From contig NW_027361853.1 in NCBI RefSeq assembly GCF_039654945.1, positions 3,782,001-3,846,000 of the forward strand: a DNA stretch of 64,000 nucleotides, given 5' to 3'. Origin of the DNA: Dendrobates tinctorius (taxonomy: Eukaryota). Shown piece by piece: positions 22,638 to 35,339 of this stretch. A program made the translations under genes and the position numbers. The notes under the pieces are model-generated. The model was not told where the DNA came from. It saw only the letters and a list, made by a program, of their open reading frames with translations, and searched no databases. Position 1 is the first letter of the stretch, and each line of letters opens with the position of its first letter.

Positions 22638-23264
22638 CTATTTTATAAATATATAAATATTACAATGTAATAAATATATAAAATTACATGTGATACAATT
22701 AACTTTTAAATATGATTGTCGCTGCGTACGAGGAAAGCTACACCTCTTAAAATTGAACATGTCCACTCCGATCTCTGCACAAAAATTACACCTTTTGCAC
22801 AATTTTGCACAAAGATTTGTAAAAATGGTGGGTGCAGTTTGTGCCAAGAACTGGTGAAAATACATTGATAACTTCCCAACAATGTCCGTAAGAACCTGTA
22901 TAACTTCAGCATAAAGTTGTATGGCTGCTGCGTGTTGCTGTGCAAGTATTATTGTACTCTATGGACAGGGATATTTCCCGTATAGGCGATGCTTTCTTAT
23001 ATACAAGTACATATAGAGTCTAATGCTGGAGTAATACACACCCTATAAAAATACGGTCTGTTTTTCATGGACCAGAATTGCACAAATGTTTCATGAACAG
23101 TGATCCGTATGTCATCCGATTGTCATGCGAAGATGCAATTTTCTCGCATCTAAGCATCCGTGTGACATCTGTATGGCATCCGTATGATGAGATTTTCTCG
23201 ACGGCTTGCAAAATGGACATATAATGGAGCCAAATGATAGGTTAAAACACAAAAGAAAGAATAG

Positions 23265-23392
23265 NNNNNNNNNNNNNNNNNNNNNNNNNNNNNNNNNNNN
23301 NNNNNNNNNNNNNNNNNNNNNNNNNNNNNNNNNNNNNNNNNNNNNNNNNNNNNNNNNNNNNNNNNNNNNNNNNNNNNNNNNNNNNNNNNNNN
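23265..23392. other. Assembly gap
   Basis: N run. Confidence 1.
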
Positions 23393-25158
23393 TAGCCGCT
23401 AAATCAATTGCCAGTTTCTGTAAAATCAATACAAAACCCGACATGAAATGACACGTGGTTTACATACAATAAACCATTTCATTTAGTTTTTTATATGTCT
23501 TTGACTAATAATTAGATTAGTGTATGTGTGTAAAGTTTTGGACATGTAGGAGTAAAATTAACGGGTAAATTCGTTGAAAAAATTGCGTTGGCTCCCGCGG
23601 TAATTTCTCTGCCAGAGAGGGAAAGCCAATGAGTGAGAGCAGATATTAGTAGCCTAGAAAGGGACCATTGTTTTGCCCTCCCCCAGCTAAAAAAATCTGC
23701 CCCCCAGCCACCCCAGAAAAGATGCACCTTTTCTGGCACTTAGTCTCTCTATTCCCATTGCCTTTAGCGGTGGCTCATGGGATAATAATCATGGGTTAAT
23801 GTCACCTTGCTATTGAAAGGAGATAAGCTGGGTTAATAATGGAGAGGTGTCAAAAAGACACCTCTCCATTATTAATCCTATAGTATGAAAGAGTTAGAAA
23901 AGACACACACACATTAATTAAAATTTTTTTTAATGAAATAATCACACAAAGTTTTTGCCCAAATTTATTATTCTGCTAATCCAACAGAATCCCTTGTTGT
24001 CCTTAAAAAAAACAACAATATCCATACCTCTCCGCCGTTCAGTCACATCCCACACTGCAATCTATCACAAGGGGTTAACTAGTTTACAACAGGGACCGGA
24101 GCTAATGCTACTGGCCCCGCTGTAAACCACTGCAGAATGAATGAATTCATCTCTGCGCTGGCGCCCCGGCTGACCGGGGATGAACTAATAAGCGTAGGAA
24201 AGTTTCTGAACTTTTTCCCATGCTGTCAGTTCACCTCAGGTTAGCCGGGAACTCCGCGCAGCCTCAGTGATGTCAGCGGTAATCACTGAGGCTGTGCAGA
24301 GTCCCCGGCTGACTTGAAGTGAACTCAGGAGCGTGGGAAAAAGTTCAGAAACTTTCCCACGCTTATTAGTTCATCCCCGGTCAGCTGGAGCGCCTGCGCA
24401 GTCATGATTTAATTCATTCTGCAGTGGTTTACAGCATTAGTACCGATCCCTGTTGTAAATAAGATAACCCCTTGTGATGGATTACAGCAGGGGACATGAC
24501 AGAACAGCGGAGAGGTATGGATATTGTTGGTTTTGTATTTTTTGTTTTATTACAGAACAACAAGGGATTCTGTTGGATTAGCAGAATAATAAATTTGGTC
24601 AAAAATTCTGTGATTATTTCATTAAAAGAATTTTTTATTAATGTGTATGTATCTTTTCTAACCCTTTAACACTATAGGATTAATAATGCATAGGTGTCTT
24701 ATTGACACCTCTATTATTAACTCGACTTAATGTCACCTTTCAATAGCAAGGTGACATTAACACATTATTATTAACCCATGAGCCACCGCTAAAGGCAATG
24801 GGAATAGAGAGGCTAAGTGCCAGTAAAGGCACATCTTATAGATGCTCCTTTTCTGGGGTGGCTGGGGGCAGATTTTTTAGCCGGGGGGGGCAAAAACAAT
24901 GGTCCCTCTTTAGGCTATTAATATCTGCCCTCACTCACTGGCTTTCCCTGTCTGGCGAAGAAATTACTGTGAGAGCCCACGCAATTTTTTTTAACGAATT
25001 TACACGTTAATTTAACACCTACATGTCCAAAATTTTACACACTTAACCTAATCTAATTATTAGTCAAAGACATATAAAAGACTAAATGAAATGACATGGT
25101 TTACTATATGTATGTTTTGTATTGATTTTACAGAAGTCGGCAATTGATTTAGCGGCTA
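23393..25158. repeat. Long imperfect inverted repeat (~880-bp arms, centre ~24275)
   Basis: tagccgctaaatcaattgcc at 23393 pairs with ggcaattgatttagcggcta ending at 25158. The arms stay colinear down to the central cctcagtga...tcactgagg. Confidence 0.85.
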
Positions 25159-25180
25159 TTATGCTATGTAGAACCCTATG

Positions 25181-25233
<53 letters not shown>

Positions 25234-25255
25234 TACATACATACATACATACATA

Positions 25256-27202
25256 CAGTACAGACTAAAAGTTTGGAGTATCTCCAACAAAGTGTTAATC
25301 CGCACAGCCGGGAAGCTCATTCATTGCACAAATAGTTATGTAAGCTGGTACTGCAAATATGCGTACTATGGGAAGTGCTCCAAAAACTGGGGTGCCACTC
25401 CAAAGCAATTAGTCACAACGGCTACACCAAAAAAGAAAACGGATGGCACTCACCGGTTAAAATCTTCTTTATTCCAATACACGTCGGCATAGGGAGGATG
25501 GGAGCGGGAGTGGAAATGACGACAGCCGTTTCGTGCTGCAGTAGTGCTTCTACTGGAGAGTAGAAGCGCTACTGCAGCGCGAAACGGCTGTCGTTATTTC
25601 CACTCCCGCTCCCATCCTCCCCATGCCGACGTTTTAAAGTATTGGAATAAAGAAGATTTTAACCAGTGAGTGCCATCCGTTTTCTTTTTTGGTGTAGACT
25701 AAAAGTTTGGACACACCTTCTCATTCAAAGAGTTTTCTTTATTTTCACAACTGTGAAAATTGTAGATTCACTCTGAAGGCATCAAAACTATGAATTAACA
25801 CATGTGGAATTATATAATTAACAAAAAAATGTGAAACAACTGAAAATATGTCTTATATTCTAGGTTCTTCAAAGTAGCCACCTTTTGCTTTGATTACTGC
25901 TTTGCACACTCTTGACGAGCTTCAAGAGGTAGTCACTGGAAATGGTCTTCCAAAAGTCTTGAAGGAGTTCCCAGACTGTGGAGGCCAGGTCATCTGGCGG
26001 AGCACCCCATCACTCTCCTTCTTGGTCAAATAGCCCTTACACAGCCTGGAGGTGAATTTGGGGTCATTGTCCTGTTGAAAAATAAATGATGGTCCAATTT
26101 ATCGCAAACCGGATGGAATAGCATGCCGCTGCAAGATGCTGCGGTAGCCATGCTGGTTCAGTATGCCTTCAATTTTGAATAAATCCCCAATAGTGTCACC
26201 AGCAAAGCACCTCCTCCTCCATGCTTCACGATGGGAACTAGGCATGTAGAGTCCTTCTGTTCACCTTTTTTGCGTCACACAAGGACACGGTGGTTGGAAC
26301 CAAAGATCTCAAATTTGGACTCATCAGACCAAAGCACAGATTTCCACTGGTCTAATGTCCACTCCTTGTGTTCTTTAGCCCAAACAAGTCTCTTCTGCTT
26401 GTTGCCTGTCCTTAGCAGTGGTTTCCTAGCTATTTTACCATGAAGGCCTGCTGCACAAAGTCTCCTCTTAACAGTTGTTGTAGCGATGTGTCTGCTGCTA
26501 GAACTCTGTGTGGCATTGACCTGGTCTCTAATCTGAGCTGCTGTTAACCTGCGATTTCTGAGGCTGGTGACTCAGATTAACTTATCCTCTGCAGCAGAGG
26601 TGACTCTTGGTCTTCCTTTCCTGGGGCGGTCCTCATGCGAGCCAGTTTCTTTGTAGCGCTTGATGGTTTTTGCCACTGCACTTGGGGACACTTTCAAAAT
26701 TTTCCCAATTTTTCGGACTGACTGACCTTCATTTCTTAAAGTAATGATGGCCACTCGTTTTTCTTTACTTAGAATTTGTATTATGGCAAGAAAAAAGCAG
26801 CTAACAGTCTATTCAGTAGGACTATCACCTGTGTATCCACCAGACTTCTGCACAACACAACTGATGGTCCCAACCCCATTTATAAGGCAAGAAATCCCAC
26901 TTATTAAACCTGACAGGGCACACCTGTGAAGTGAAAACCATTTCCGGTGACTACCTCTTGAAGCTCATCAAGAGAATGCCAAGAGTGTGCAAAGCAGTAA
27001 TCAAAGCAAAAGGTGGCTACTTTGAAGAACCTAGAATATAAGATATATTTTCAGTTGTTTCACACTTTTTTGTTAACTATATAATTCCACATGTGATAAT
27101 TCATAGTTTTGATGCCTTCAGAGTGAAACTACAATTTTCATAGTCAGGAAAATAAAGAAAACTCTTTGAACGAGAAGGTGTGTCCAAACTTTTGGTCTGT
27201 AC

Positions 27203-27204
<2 letters not shown>
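25256..27204 (-). mobile_element. Tc1/mariner-like DNA transposon with both TIRs, transposase decayed
   Basis: TA|cagtacagac...gtctgtactg with ~200-bp TIRs. Transposase HTH fragment AIITLRNEGQSVRKIGK...RKGRPRVT (26572-26754). Inserted in a TA/CA microsatellite. Confidence 0.92.
25278..25695. mobile_element. PLE terminal-repeat-like fold-back insertion with truncated hammerhead-like motifs, inside the Tc1 TIR
   Basis: 16-bp target duplication agactaaaagtttgga (25262-25277, 25696-25711). Arms at 25422-25554 and 25559-25697. Motif GTAGAA-GCGCT actgc AGCGC-GAAA-CGGCTG-TC. Confidence 0.8.
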
Positions 27205-27244
<40 letters not shown>

Positions 27245-28286
27245 CTCAATGACGTGTATATATCTATTCTTTCTATTCTTTGTTAAACATGTCAGTGTGA
27301 GTTTACTGTATCGCAAAATGAATTGCCGGCTGTTGTTAAAGGACACCGGTGCGTATTTCTCGCAAGTCACACTTGTGGTCCGTGTGTAATCCGTTTTTTA
27401 CTTGCACCCATAGACTTGCATTGGCGAGTCTTTGCCGAGAATCGCTGACAATCGCAGTATGCTGAGATTTTCTCAGCCCATATAAAACGAGCAAGAAAAA
27501 AAAATCGGATGATGGGAGCTGCCCCATAGTTTAACATTGGGATGAGTGCAATGCGATCCTAGCACCACTCGCCTCCTCATTGATGGCGACTTGTGTCTCT
27601 GCATGCCGGCCAGGACATGTGCACAATTGGCAGCTATCTTTCATGTGTCCTTCTCCAATGAATAGGTCAGGTGCATGTCTCAGCTGATAGATGGGGATAC
27701 AACATGGATCCTGATCACCTCCCAAAATAGAAGTGAACTTTACCGAAATTACTCCTTTAAATTAAACTCAATAGACCTGATATACGAAAAGTTTTACGCC
27801 AGTATTCTGGTGTAAAAAGCTTTGGATAGTGGTATCATTTTGGTGCAACTGGAGGCTGCAGTAAAATTATGCGACTTTTGGCATTCTCAAGCCATTTTCT
27901 ATGAGATCTGACAAAGAGAGCAGAACTGGTTTGGGACAGAGGCATAGAGACCTCTGCACATCAGGAGTCTCTTCCGGAATCAGGAGCTTCTGACTTGACT
28001 GCAGCACACCTCGTCATCATGACCGGTGTGAACAACTCCAGTCTTGATGAATCAGGCCCTGTGCGTACTTAGGCATAAGAAACCATTCATCTTTTTTCTT
28101 CTACCTGACTCACAAAGAAAGCACCAAAAAAAAACAAGAAAGAAAAACGTGTGAAATTATGGGCATGAAAAATGTCTTCTGCACCTTTATGGCAGCCCAT
28201 CTATAGCGGTGTCCAAAACAGAGCAGTACTACGGCTGTGTGTCTGATCCCCTCAACACGGGAGCCCCTGGTCTGGTAGTGACTTAC

Positions 28287-28370
28287 TTCAGTTCTGGGTA
28301 GACGTTCTGGAGATACCACTGGAATGTTTTACAGCTCAACTTCTTTCTTAGCTCCAGTCTGTCAGACACG
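28287..28370 (-). CDS. GALNT16: GALNT16 coding exon
   Basis: 84 nt, [35 protein letters not shown]. Confidence 0.95.
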
Positions 28371-28767
28371 CTACAGAGAGGAGACAAATATTGATGGTTA
28401 AAATGCAAAATGTTTGATTTCTCTATTAATAACCGAGAAAATAAAAATACAGCAATGTGAACATTTCTGCCACTAGATCGGCAGTGATGGGTGAAATTGA
28501 ATAGTGAGACTAAAATAAGCTTCATTAACTAAACCTCAAACATTTAATGTAAGTTCTCATGGGTTCCATTTACTGTGGACATTTTGTGCAGCAAGTCGAA
28601 ATAAATCTGCAGGGAAATGCACATGAAATTGTACAGCTTCTGCTGTAGATATAAGGCTGAGTCCACACTGGGTTTGTGGACACAGTCTGGTGCATGCGCT
28701 CAATGTTGGCCATTTGCCAAAAAAAACACACTTTCAGGTTCTCTATGGTGAACTGTTGCCTATAGCG

Positions 28768-28968
28768 CAGCACTGCAGCCTTACAGCACTGGGGTCCAAA
28801 TCCCACCAAGGACAACATCTGCAAGGAGTTTGTATGTTCTCCTCGTGTTTGTGTGGTTTTCCTCCGGTTTCCTCCCAAATTCCAAAGACATACTTAGACT
28901 GTGATGATGATGACGACTGTAAAGTGCTGTGGAATTAATGGCGCTATATATAAGCGAGTAAAATAAAT
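28768..28968 (+). mobile_element. tRNA-derived SINE, decayed
   Basis: Homologous to the copy at 31052-31313 (caaggacaacatctgcaaggagtttgtatgttctc). Confidence 0.75.
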
Positions 28969-29053
28969 ATTGAGACATTACAGTATACATTGAGAAAAGC
29001 TTTCAGTCATTTACTCTGGCAACGATCACAGACACAGTGTGCAACAAGCCTAT

Positions 29054-30006
29054 AGGCCCCGTCACAGTGAGATCACTAGTGAGATCGCTGATTTTGTGAC
29101 GCAACAGCAATCTCGCCAGCGATCTCACTGTGACACACATCAGCGACCGGGCCCCCTGCCGGGTATCGCTGATAGTGCAGCAATGTCCTGGGCAATTTTT
29201 TGATTGTTGGTCTCCCGCTGGCCAGCACGCATCGTGTGGCAGCGGGAGACCAACGATCAGTGAGCTCCCAGCGCTGTAAGCAGACGCTGGGAGCTGGTAT
29301 CCAGGGTAAATATTGGGTAAAGCCCCCGTTACACACTGCGATATCACTAGCAATATCGCTGTAAAGTCACCGATTTTGTGACGTTATAGCGATATTGCTA
29401 GCGATATCGCTGCATGTGATACTTACCTCCGACCGCTCCCCCGCTGGTTATCGCTGATCGCGTGAGAAGCTGCTGGACCATTCCTCGTCGGTCACTTCCT
29501 GCGGCGCTTCCTGTGGCGCCGACGAGCGACGCGTGGAGCCGGGCAAGAGGACGCAGGATCGCCGCGTCTGACAGGTAAGTAGTGACCCCCGACCCCAGCG
29601 ATGTCGCTGGTGAGATCTGCCTGTGTGGCAGCTCACTAGCGACCATCTAGCGATGCACCAGCGATCCTGACCGCGTCATATCGCTAGTCGGGATCGCTGG
29701 TGCATCGCTAGGTGTAACGGTACCCTTACTAAGCGCGCGCATCGCTTAGTTACCCGCTGTGTACCCTGGATACCTGCGTGCTCGCGCTGGGAGCTGGTAT
29801 CCAAGGTACACAGCGGGTAACTAAGCGAAGCGCTCGCTTAGTTACCCGATATTTACCTTGGATACCAGCGTCCTCGGGGGCCTGATCGCTGGTGAAATCT
29901 GCCTATTTGACAGCTCACCAGGGATCATTTAGCGAGGCACCAGCGATCCTGACAAGGTCGTATCGTTGTCAGGATCGCTGGTGCATCGCTTAGTGTGATG
30001 GGACCC
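29054..30006. mobile_element. Nested palindromic MITEs (PIF/Harbinger-like); inner copy ~29321-29725
   Basis: Outer ends ggccccgtcaca / tgtgatgggacc, inner ends cccgttacac / gtgtaacgg, and many agcgat/atcgct subrepeats. Confidence 0.65.
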
Positions 30007-31051
30007 TTACTATAGTGGAATAATCAATCCCCAGCAGCACTAACAATGGAGGACCCGGCAACCTCTATATCCTTGCCCGCCACCTCTATATCCTTGCCCC
30101 CATGCCATCAATAAAGGTTTTTTTTTAAGATATCTTCTGTACTGAATTTATTGGGTAAATCTGCAACAAATCCATGCTCAGTTCATAGCAGAAATTGACA
30201 TGCTGCTAATAAAATCCACACTGCGAGTCAATTTTTAGGCAGGCTAAAATTGCAGCATCTGAATGATTTGTTAAAACCCTATTCACATTTCTGCAAGAAA
30301 AAACAATGGCATTATCATCACGGGATAAATGCTGGTTCATAGAACATACACTGATTTCTTTTGTGCATTGTTAGTGTAATGAAAACACAGAAGAAAAAAT
30401 AACTGTGAACTGATGATAAACTGGCCTCCTGGTATAGGAAACTAAAATCACTGCTTATAGCTAGAAAAAGAAAAAGAAACATTGTTCACTGATTAACATC
30501 ACAAGAATACATAAAGACAAAGCATAGAAAATGGATTAATGTTGAGCTGTACAGTTCATATGATTGGTATGATGGAGCCTCAGATGTGGCCTATGAGTCT
30601 ATTGAAGGGTCATACATTACATTTCCTGTCTGCACTTCATGCCAACAAGAAAGGAAATGGCTTTCCCACATGCTCCCCAATAGACAGTGCAGTCTCTTGA
30701 CCTTCAGAGCAACTCAAGACACATGCCCCAATATACAGTATCACACCACCTAACTTCAGGCTTCTACTGACAAATGATGACCTGAGCAGGAATACGCTTA
30801 GCTGTAAGACACTGCCACCTACTGGCCATATCAATTTATGTCCATTTTACGCACTAAAGCTTGTCGAGTTGAACAATTGCAGACTAGAAGCAATATGTGT
30901 ATGCAGACTAGAAGATGTGGATGTTGCAGCTGCTGACATCAGATTTCCAACATAATGCGGTGAGAAGTGGATGGAAGTCATTTTTTTGACAATCAAACCA
31001 ATATATAACAACTGCACTGGAGTGGTATCTTCCTCGGGCCATACAGAATAG

Positions 31052-31313
31052 TAATAATCTTTATTTTTATATAGCGCTAACATATTCCGCAGCGCTTTAC
31101 CGTTTTGCACACATTATCATCACTGTCCCGATGGGGCTCACAATCTAAATTGCCCATCAGTATGTCTTTGGAATGTGGGAGGAAACCGGAGAACAACCAC
31201 GCAAACACAGGGAGAACATACAAACTCCTTGCAGATGTTGTCCTTGGTGGGATTCGAACCCAGGACTCCAGCGCTGCAAGGCTGCAGTGCTATCCACTGA
31301 GCCACCGTGCTGC
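31052..31313 (-). mobile_element. tRNA-derived SINE with pol III A and B boxes
   Basis: Minus strand has TGGCTCAGTGG (A box), GGTTCGAATCC (B box) and an AT-rich tail. Confidence 0.85.
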
Positions 31314-31654
31314 AGAGTACTGCAGTTTCAGGCGCCGGACATCTCTGACCTTTCCCGGCGCCTGCGTACTGCAGTACTCTGCTCTGCCCTTAACAGGGCA
31401 GAGCTGTACACCTGCGCCAGAGCCACGACGGGAAGCAGAGAAGAGGACGTCATCGCTAGAAGATGGGAGGCGCCAGACTGCAACACCCATCGGACCCGGA
31501 CCGGACCGCCCCCCCGGTGAGTATAATCTAACTCGTTTTTCTTATCTTTCAGGTTACATGGGGGGCTTATCTACAGCATTACAGAATGCTAGAAGATAAG
31601 CCCCTAATGGTGGTGGCCGCATCTTATATGCGAAAAAATAGGTGACAGATTCCC
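31314..31654. mobile_element. Partial TTAA-target MITE (Kolobok/T2-like)
   Basis: Ends gtgacagattccct|ttaa, resembling the ends of 54182-54601. Confidence 0.55.
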
Positions 31655-31658
31655 TTTA

Positions 31659-33136
31659 AAAAGATGAGAGGCCTGTAATTGACATCATAGGTAGACCACA
31701 ACTAGACCACCACAAAATGTAAAAACAAGACCAGAAAATCACCTTGTCTGATTTGGCAAGATTTATTTTGCAAATTATGGTGGAAAATAAGTATTTAATT
31801 ATTAACAAAAGTTCATCTCAATATTTTGTTATATATTCTTTGTTGGCAATGGCAGAGGTCAAACGTTTTCTGTAAGTCTTCAGAATGTTGGCCCATTCCT
31901 CCATGCAGATCTCCTCTACAGCAGTGATATTTTGGGCCTGTCGCTGGGCAACAAAGACTTTCAACTCCCTCCAAAGGTTTTCTCTGGGGTTGAGATCTGG
32001 AGACTGGCTAGGCCAATCCAGGACCTTCATATGCTTCTTACAAAAGCCACTCCTTTGTTGCCCTGGCGGTGTGCTTGGGATCATTATCATGCTGAAAGAC
32101 CCATCCAGGTTCCATCTTCAGTGCCCTTGCTGACGGAAGGAGGTTTGCACTCAAAATCTCATGATACATGCCCCCATTCATTTTTTCATGTACACTGATC
32201 AGTTGTTCTGGTCACTTTGCAGAGAAACAGCCCCAAAGCATGATGTTGCACCATGCTTCACAGTAGGTATGATGTTCTTTGGATGCAACTCAGAATTCTG
32301 TCTCCGCCAAACACGACAAGTTTTATTTCTACCAAACAGTTCTACTTTGGATTCATCAGACCATATGACATTCTCCCAATATTCTTCTGGATAATCCAAA
32401 TGCTCTCTAACAAACTTCAGATGGGCCCATACATGTACTGGCTTAAGCAGGGGGTCACGTCTGGCACTGCAGGATCTGAGTCCCTGGCGGCGTAGTGTGT
32501 TACTGATGGTAGCCTTTGTTACTGTGGTCCCAGCTCTATGCAGGTCATTCACAAGGGTCCCCTATGTGGTTTTGGGATTTTTGCTCACCGTTCTTGTGAT
32601 CATTTTGACGCCGCGGGATGATATCTTGCATGGAGCCCCAGATCGAGGGAGATTATCAGTGGTCTTGTAGGTCTTCTATTTTCTTATTATTGCTCCCACA
32701 GTTGATTTCATCACACCAAGCTGCTTGCCTATTGCAGATTCAGTCTTCCCAGCCTGGTGCAGGGCTACAGTTTTGTTTCTGGTGTCCTTTGGCAGCTCTT
32801 TGATCTTCACCATAGTGGAGTTTGGAGTGTGACTGTTTTAGGTTGTCAACAAGTGTCCACAAGTTCAAACAGGTGCCGTTACCACAGGTAATGAGTGGAG
32901 GACAAAGGAGACTCTTAAAGAAGAAGTTACAGGTCTGTGAGCCAGAAATCTTGCATGTCTTTAGGTGACCAAATACTTATTTTCCACCATAATTTGCAGA
33001 ATAAATCTTGCCAAATCAGACAAGGTGATTTTCTGGATTTGCTTTCTCATTTTGACTCTCATAGTCATGGTCTACCTATGATGTCAATTACAGGCCTCTC
33101 ACAATTGCACTTGCACAGTTGATGGCTGACTAAATA
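31659..33136 (-). mobile_element. Tc1-like transposon (second family), decayed
   Basis: Fragments VIWSDESKVELFG and [15 protein letters not shown]. Inverted homolog of 59154-60716. Confidence 0.9.
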
Positions 33137-33298
33137 NNNNNNNNNNNNNNNNNNNNNNNNNNNNNNNNNNNNNNNNNNNNNNNNNNNNNNNNNNNNNNNN
33201 NNNNNNNNNNNNNNNNNNNNNNNNNNNNNNNNNNNNNNNNNNNNNNNNNNNNNNNNNNNNNNNNNNNNNNNNNNNNNNNNNNNNNNNNNNNNNNNNNN
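33137..33298. other. Assembly gap
   Basis: N run. Confidence 1.
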
Positions 33299-33708
33299 TG
33301 GAACATATATACCAGGATGTGCCCAGGATGGAAGATGTATACATATATATATACTTAGAAGGAGCCCAAAATGGGGGACATTACTACATAATGAGGAGGT
33401 GCAACTTGTATGTCCTTATAGGATTTAAAACGCTACAAGGGCCTATGCATCTGACCAACATGACTGCCAGGTCCAATTCTTGCACCATAACTCATCATAC
33501 TCTAGTTACACCATTGAGTGCCAGAAATGTCTAATGGTGGCTCATTGAAGGGAGAACTATGCAATCAGCAGTCTGAAATTGAACATGCCCAACAATCAAT
33601 TGTCCTGGGGATCCATATGTTGGCTAATTTACATTTAAAGCAAAAGACATTTCTAGAATTTCTGAAATGAGAAAATATTGTATCTATGTGTGCAAAAAAT
33701 CTACTCAC

Positions 33709-33801
33709 CTTCCAAAGGCTTTTCCTATGGCAGAAGGTCTGGCCTGGTAATAATACTGTTTATATTCATCCATCCAAACCTCTGCTGTCCGTTTGGTGTT
33801 T
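33709..33801 (-). CDS. GALNT16: GALNT16 coding exon
   Basis: 93 nt, [38 protein letters not shown]. Absent from the ORF track; found by reading the sequence. Confidence 0.95.
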
Positions 33802-34189
33802 CTGAAGGGGTAAGGAAATGCAATTTTAGGCATAAAACACATATAAAAACAGGTTATCCTGTACATGCAGAACTACTGGAAATACATAATTAGTCCCTTT
33901 TCTAGAAGGAAATGTGATGTCAGAAAAAAAACTATTGCGTAAATTGGTTTTAAATTAATGCATCTTTTTTATGGAATTACAATTTTTTCATGTGACTGTT
34001 TAGAGTAATAAATGCTGTAAAGTTCTATCTATTGTCCAATAGAATAAATTCTACAAACAGAAAATAAAAACAAATTATGTATTAAAAAAAAAAATGTTTC
34101 AAAGCTGGTTGTATTTGTTACATAATAATATAGGAGATACATGTCCATTTAACTCATTAGTGCAAAATTATGTACACACAAAATAGGCA

Positions 34190-35285
34190 AATCACTGGTC
34201 CCAGATGGCATACACCCCCGAGTACTGCAGGAACAAAGTATCGTGATAAACAGACCATTATTTCTAAAATTCAAGGATTCCATATTAAAAGGGTCTGTAC
34301 CACAGGACAACAAATGTAGTGCAAATATTCAAAAAGGGAACAAAATCTGAACCTGGTAATCAATAACCAGTAAGATATTCTCTACAGGAGGCAACATTTT
34401 TTAGGGTTTTCTAAGAGATGCCATCTTGGATTATCTCACCAAAAATAACCTCACAACCCAGAACCAACATGAGTTTATGAGGGAAAAGTCTTGTCAAAGT
34501 AATCTGATAGGTGTCTATGAGAAGTTTAGTTCCAGACTGGTACAGGAAAACGCTATGGATGATGTCTACCTGGATTTTTTAAAGGGTGTTTATTAATGGA
34601 ACATACTCGGATTGGGTCGCAGTTAACAGTGTAGTTAATATTGGTCAGTACTGGGCCCTCTTCTTTTTAACAGTTTTTAATGACCTTATAGAGGGCATAC
34701 AGGTTATAATTGAAATTTTTGCAGGTTATACTAAACTCCGCAAGGTAATCAACACAGAGGAAGATAATTTAATATTACAGAGGGATTTATGTAAGCTTGA
34801 GGTATGGGCAAAGAAATGGCAATTTATGTTTAGTGTAGATAAATGTAAGGTTATGAGGTTGGGCAGAGGAAATAAAATGTATAATTAAGTACTAAAAATG
34901 GAAAAACACTTGGTAAAGTTGTCACTGAAAAAGACTTGCGTGTATAGGTGGACAACAAGCTCAACTTAGTGACCAGTGCCGGGCAGCTGCTGCCAAGGCA
35001 AATAAAATGATTGGATATATTAAAGAGGCATAGATGCTCATGACAAGGACATATGGTAGTTTTGTCTCTATACAAGTCACTAGTGTGACCACACTTAGAA
35101 TACTGTGTACAATTTTGGGCTCTGGTGTATAAGGACATACAGTAGCTGAACTACAGTGGGTGCAGAGAGCAATGGGTAGACCACAAAACCAAAGAAAGGT
35201 TAACTAACTTGCGGTTATTCCCTTTGGAAAAACATAGGCTTAGAGGTGATCTTATTACAATGTACAAATATAAAAGGGTAACAAT
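34190..35285 (+). mobile_element. CR1 LINE fragment, heavily decayed; boundaries approximate
   Basis: RT remnants (NDLIEGI..FAGYTKL..LQRDL.KLEVWA..WQ..F.VDKCKVM; HLEYCVQFW). Confidence 0.75.
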
Positions 35286-35339
35286 GTTTTGAGCAAAAAG
35301 GTAACAATGTTTTGAACTTTTGCCTTTCAGGCTCCATAT

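Larger units (their letters stand above)
23022..27560. mobile_element. Composite MITE (same family as 57697-58429) whose central TA-microsatellite region hosts a long palindrome and a Tc1; boundaries approximate
   Basis: About 23150-23264 and 27255-27470 are reverse complements of the two halves of the 57697-58429 element. Confidence 0.6.

Noticed and set aside
22064-22670. Plus-strand Cys-rich repetitive ORFs (194, 147 and 103 aa)
   Set aside because: They are by-products of the stop-free strand of the minisatellite, antisense to a real exon.
31240-31313. tRNA gene (A and B boxes)
   Set aside because: It is the head of a SINE with body, tail and a second copy at 28768-28968, and shows no convincing cloverleaf.
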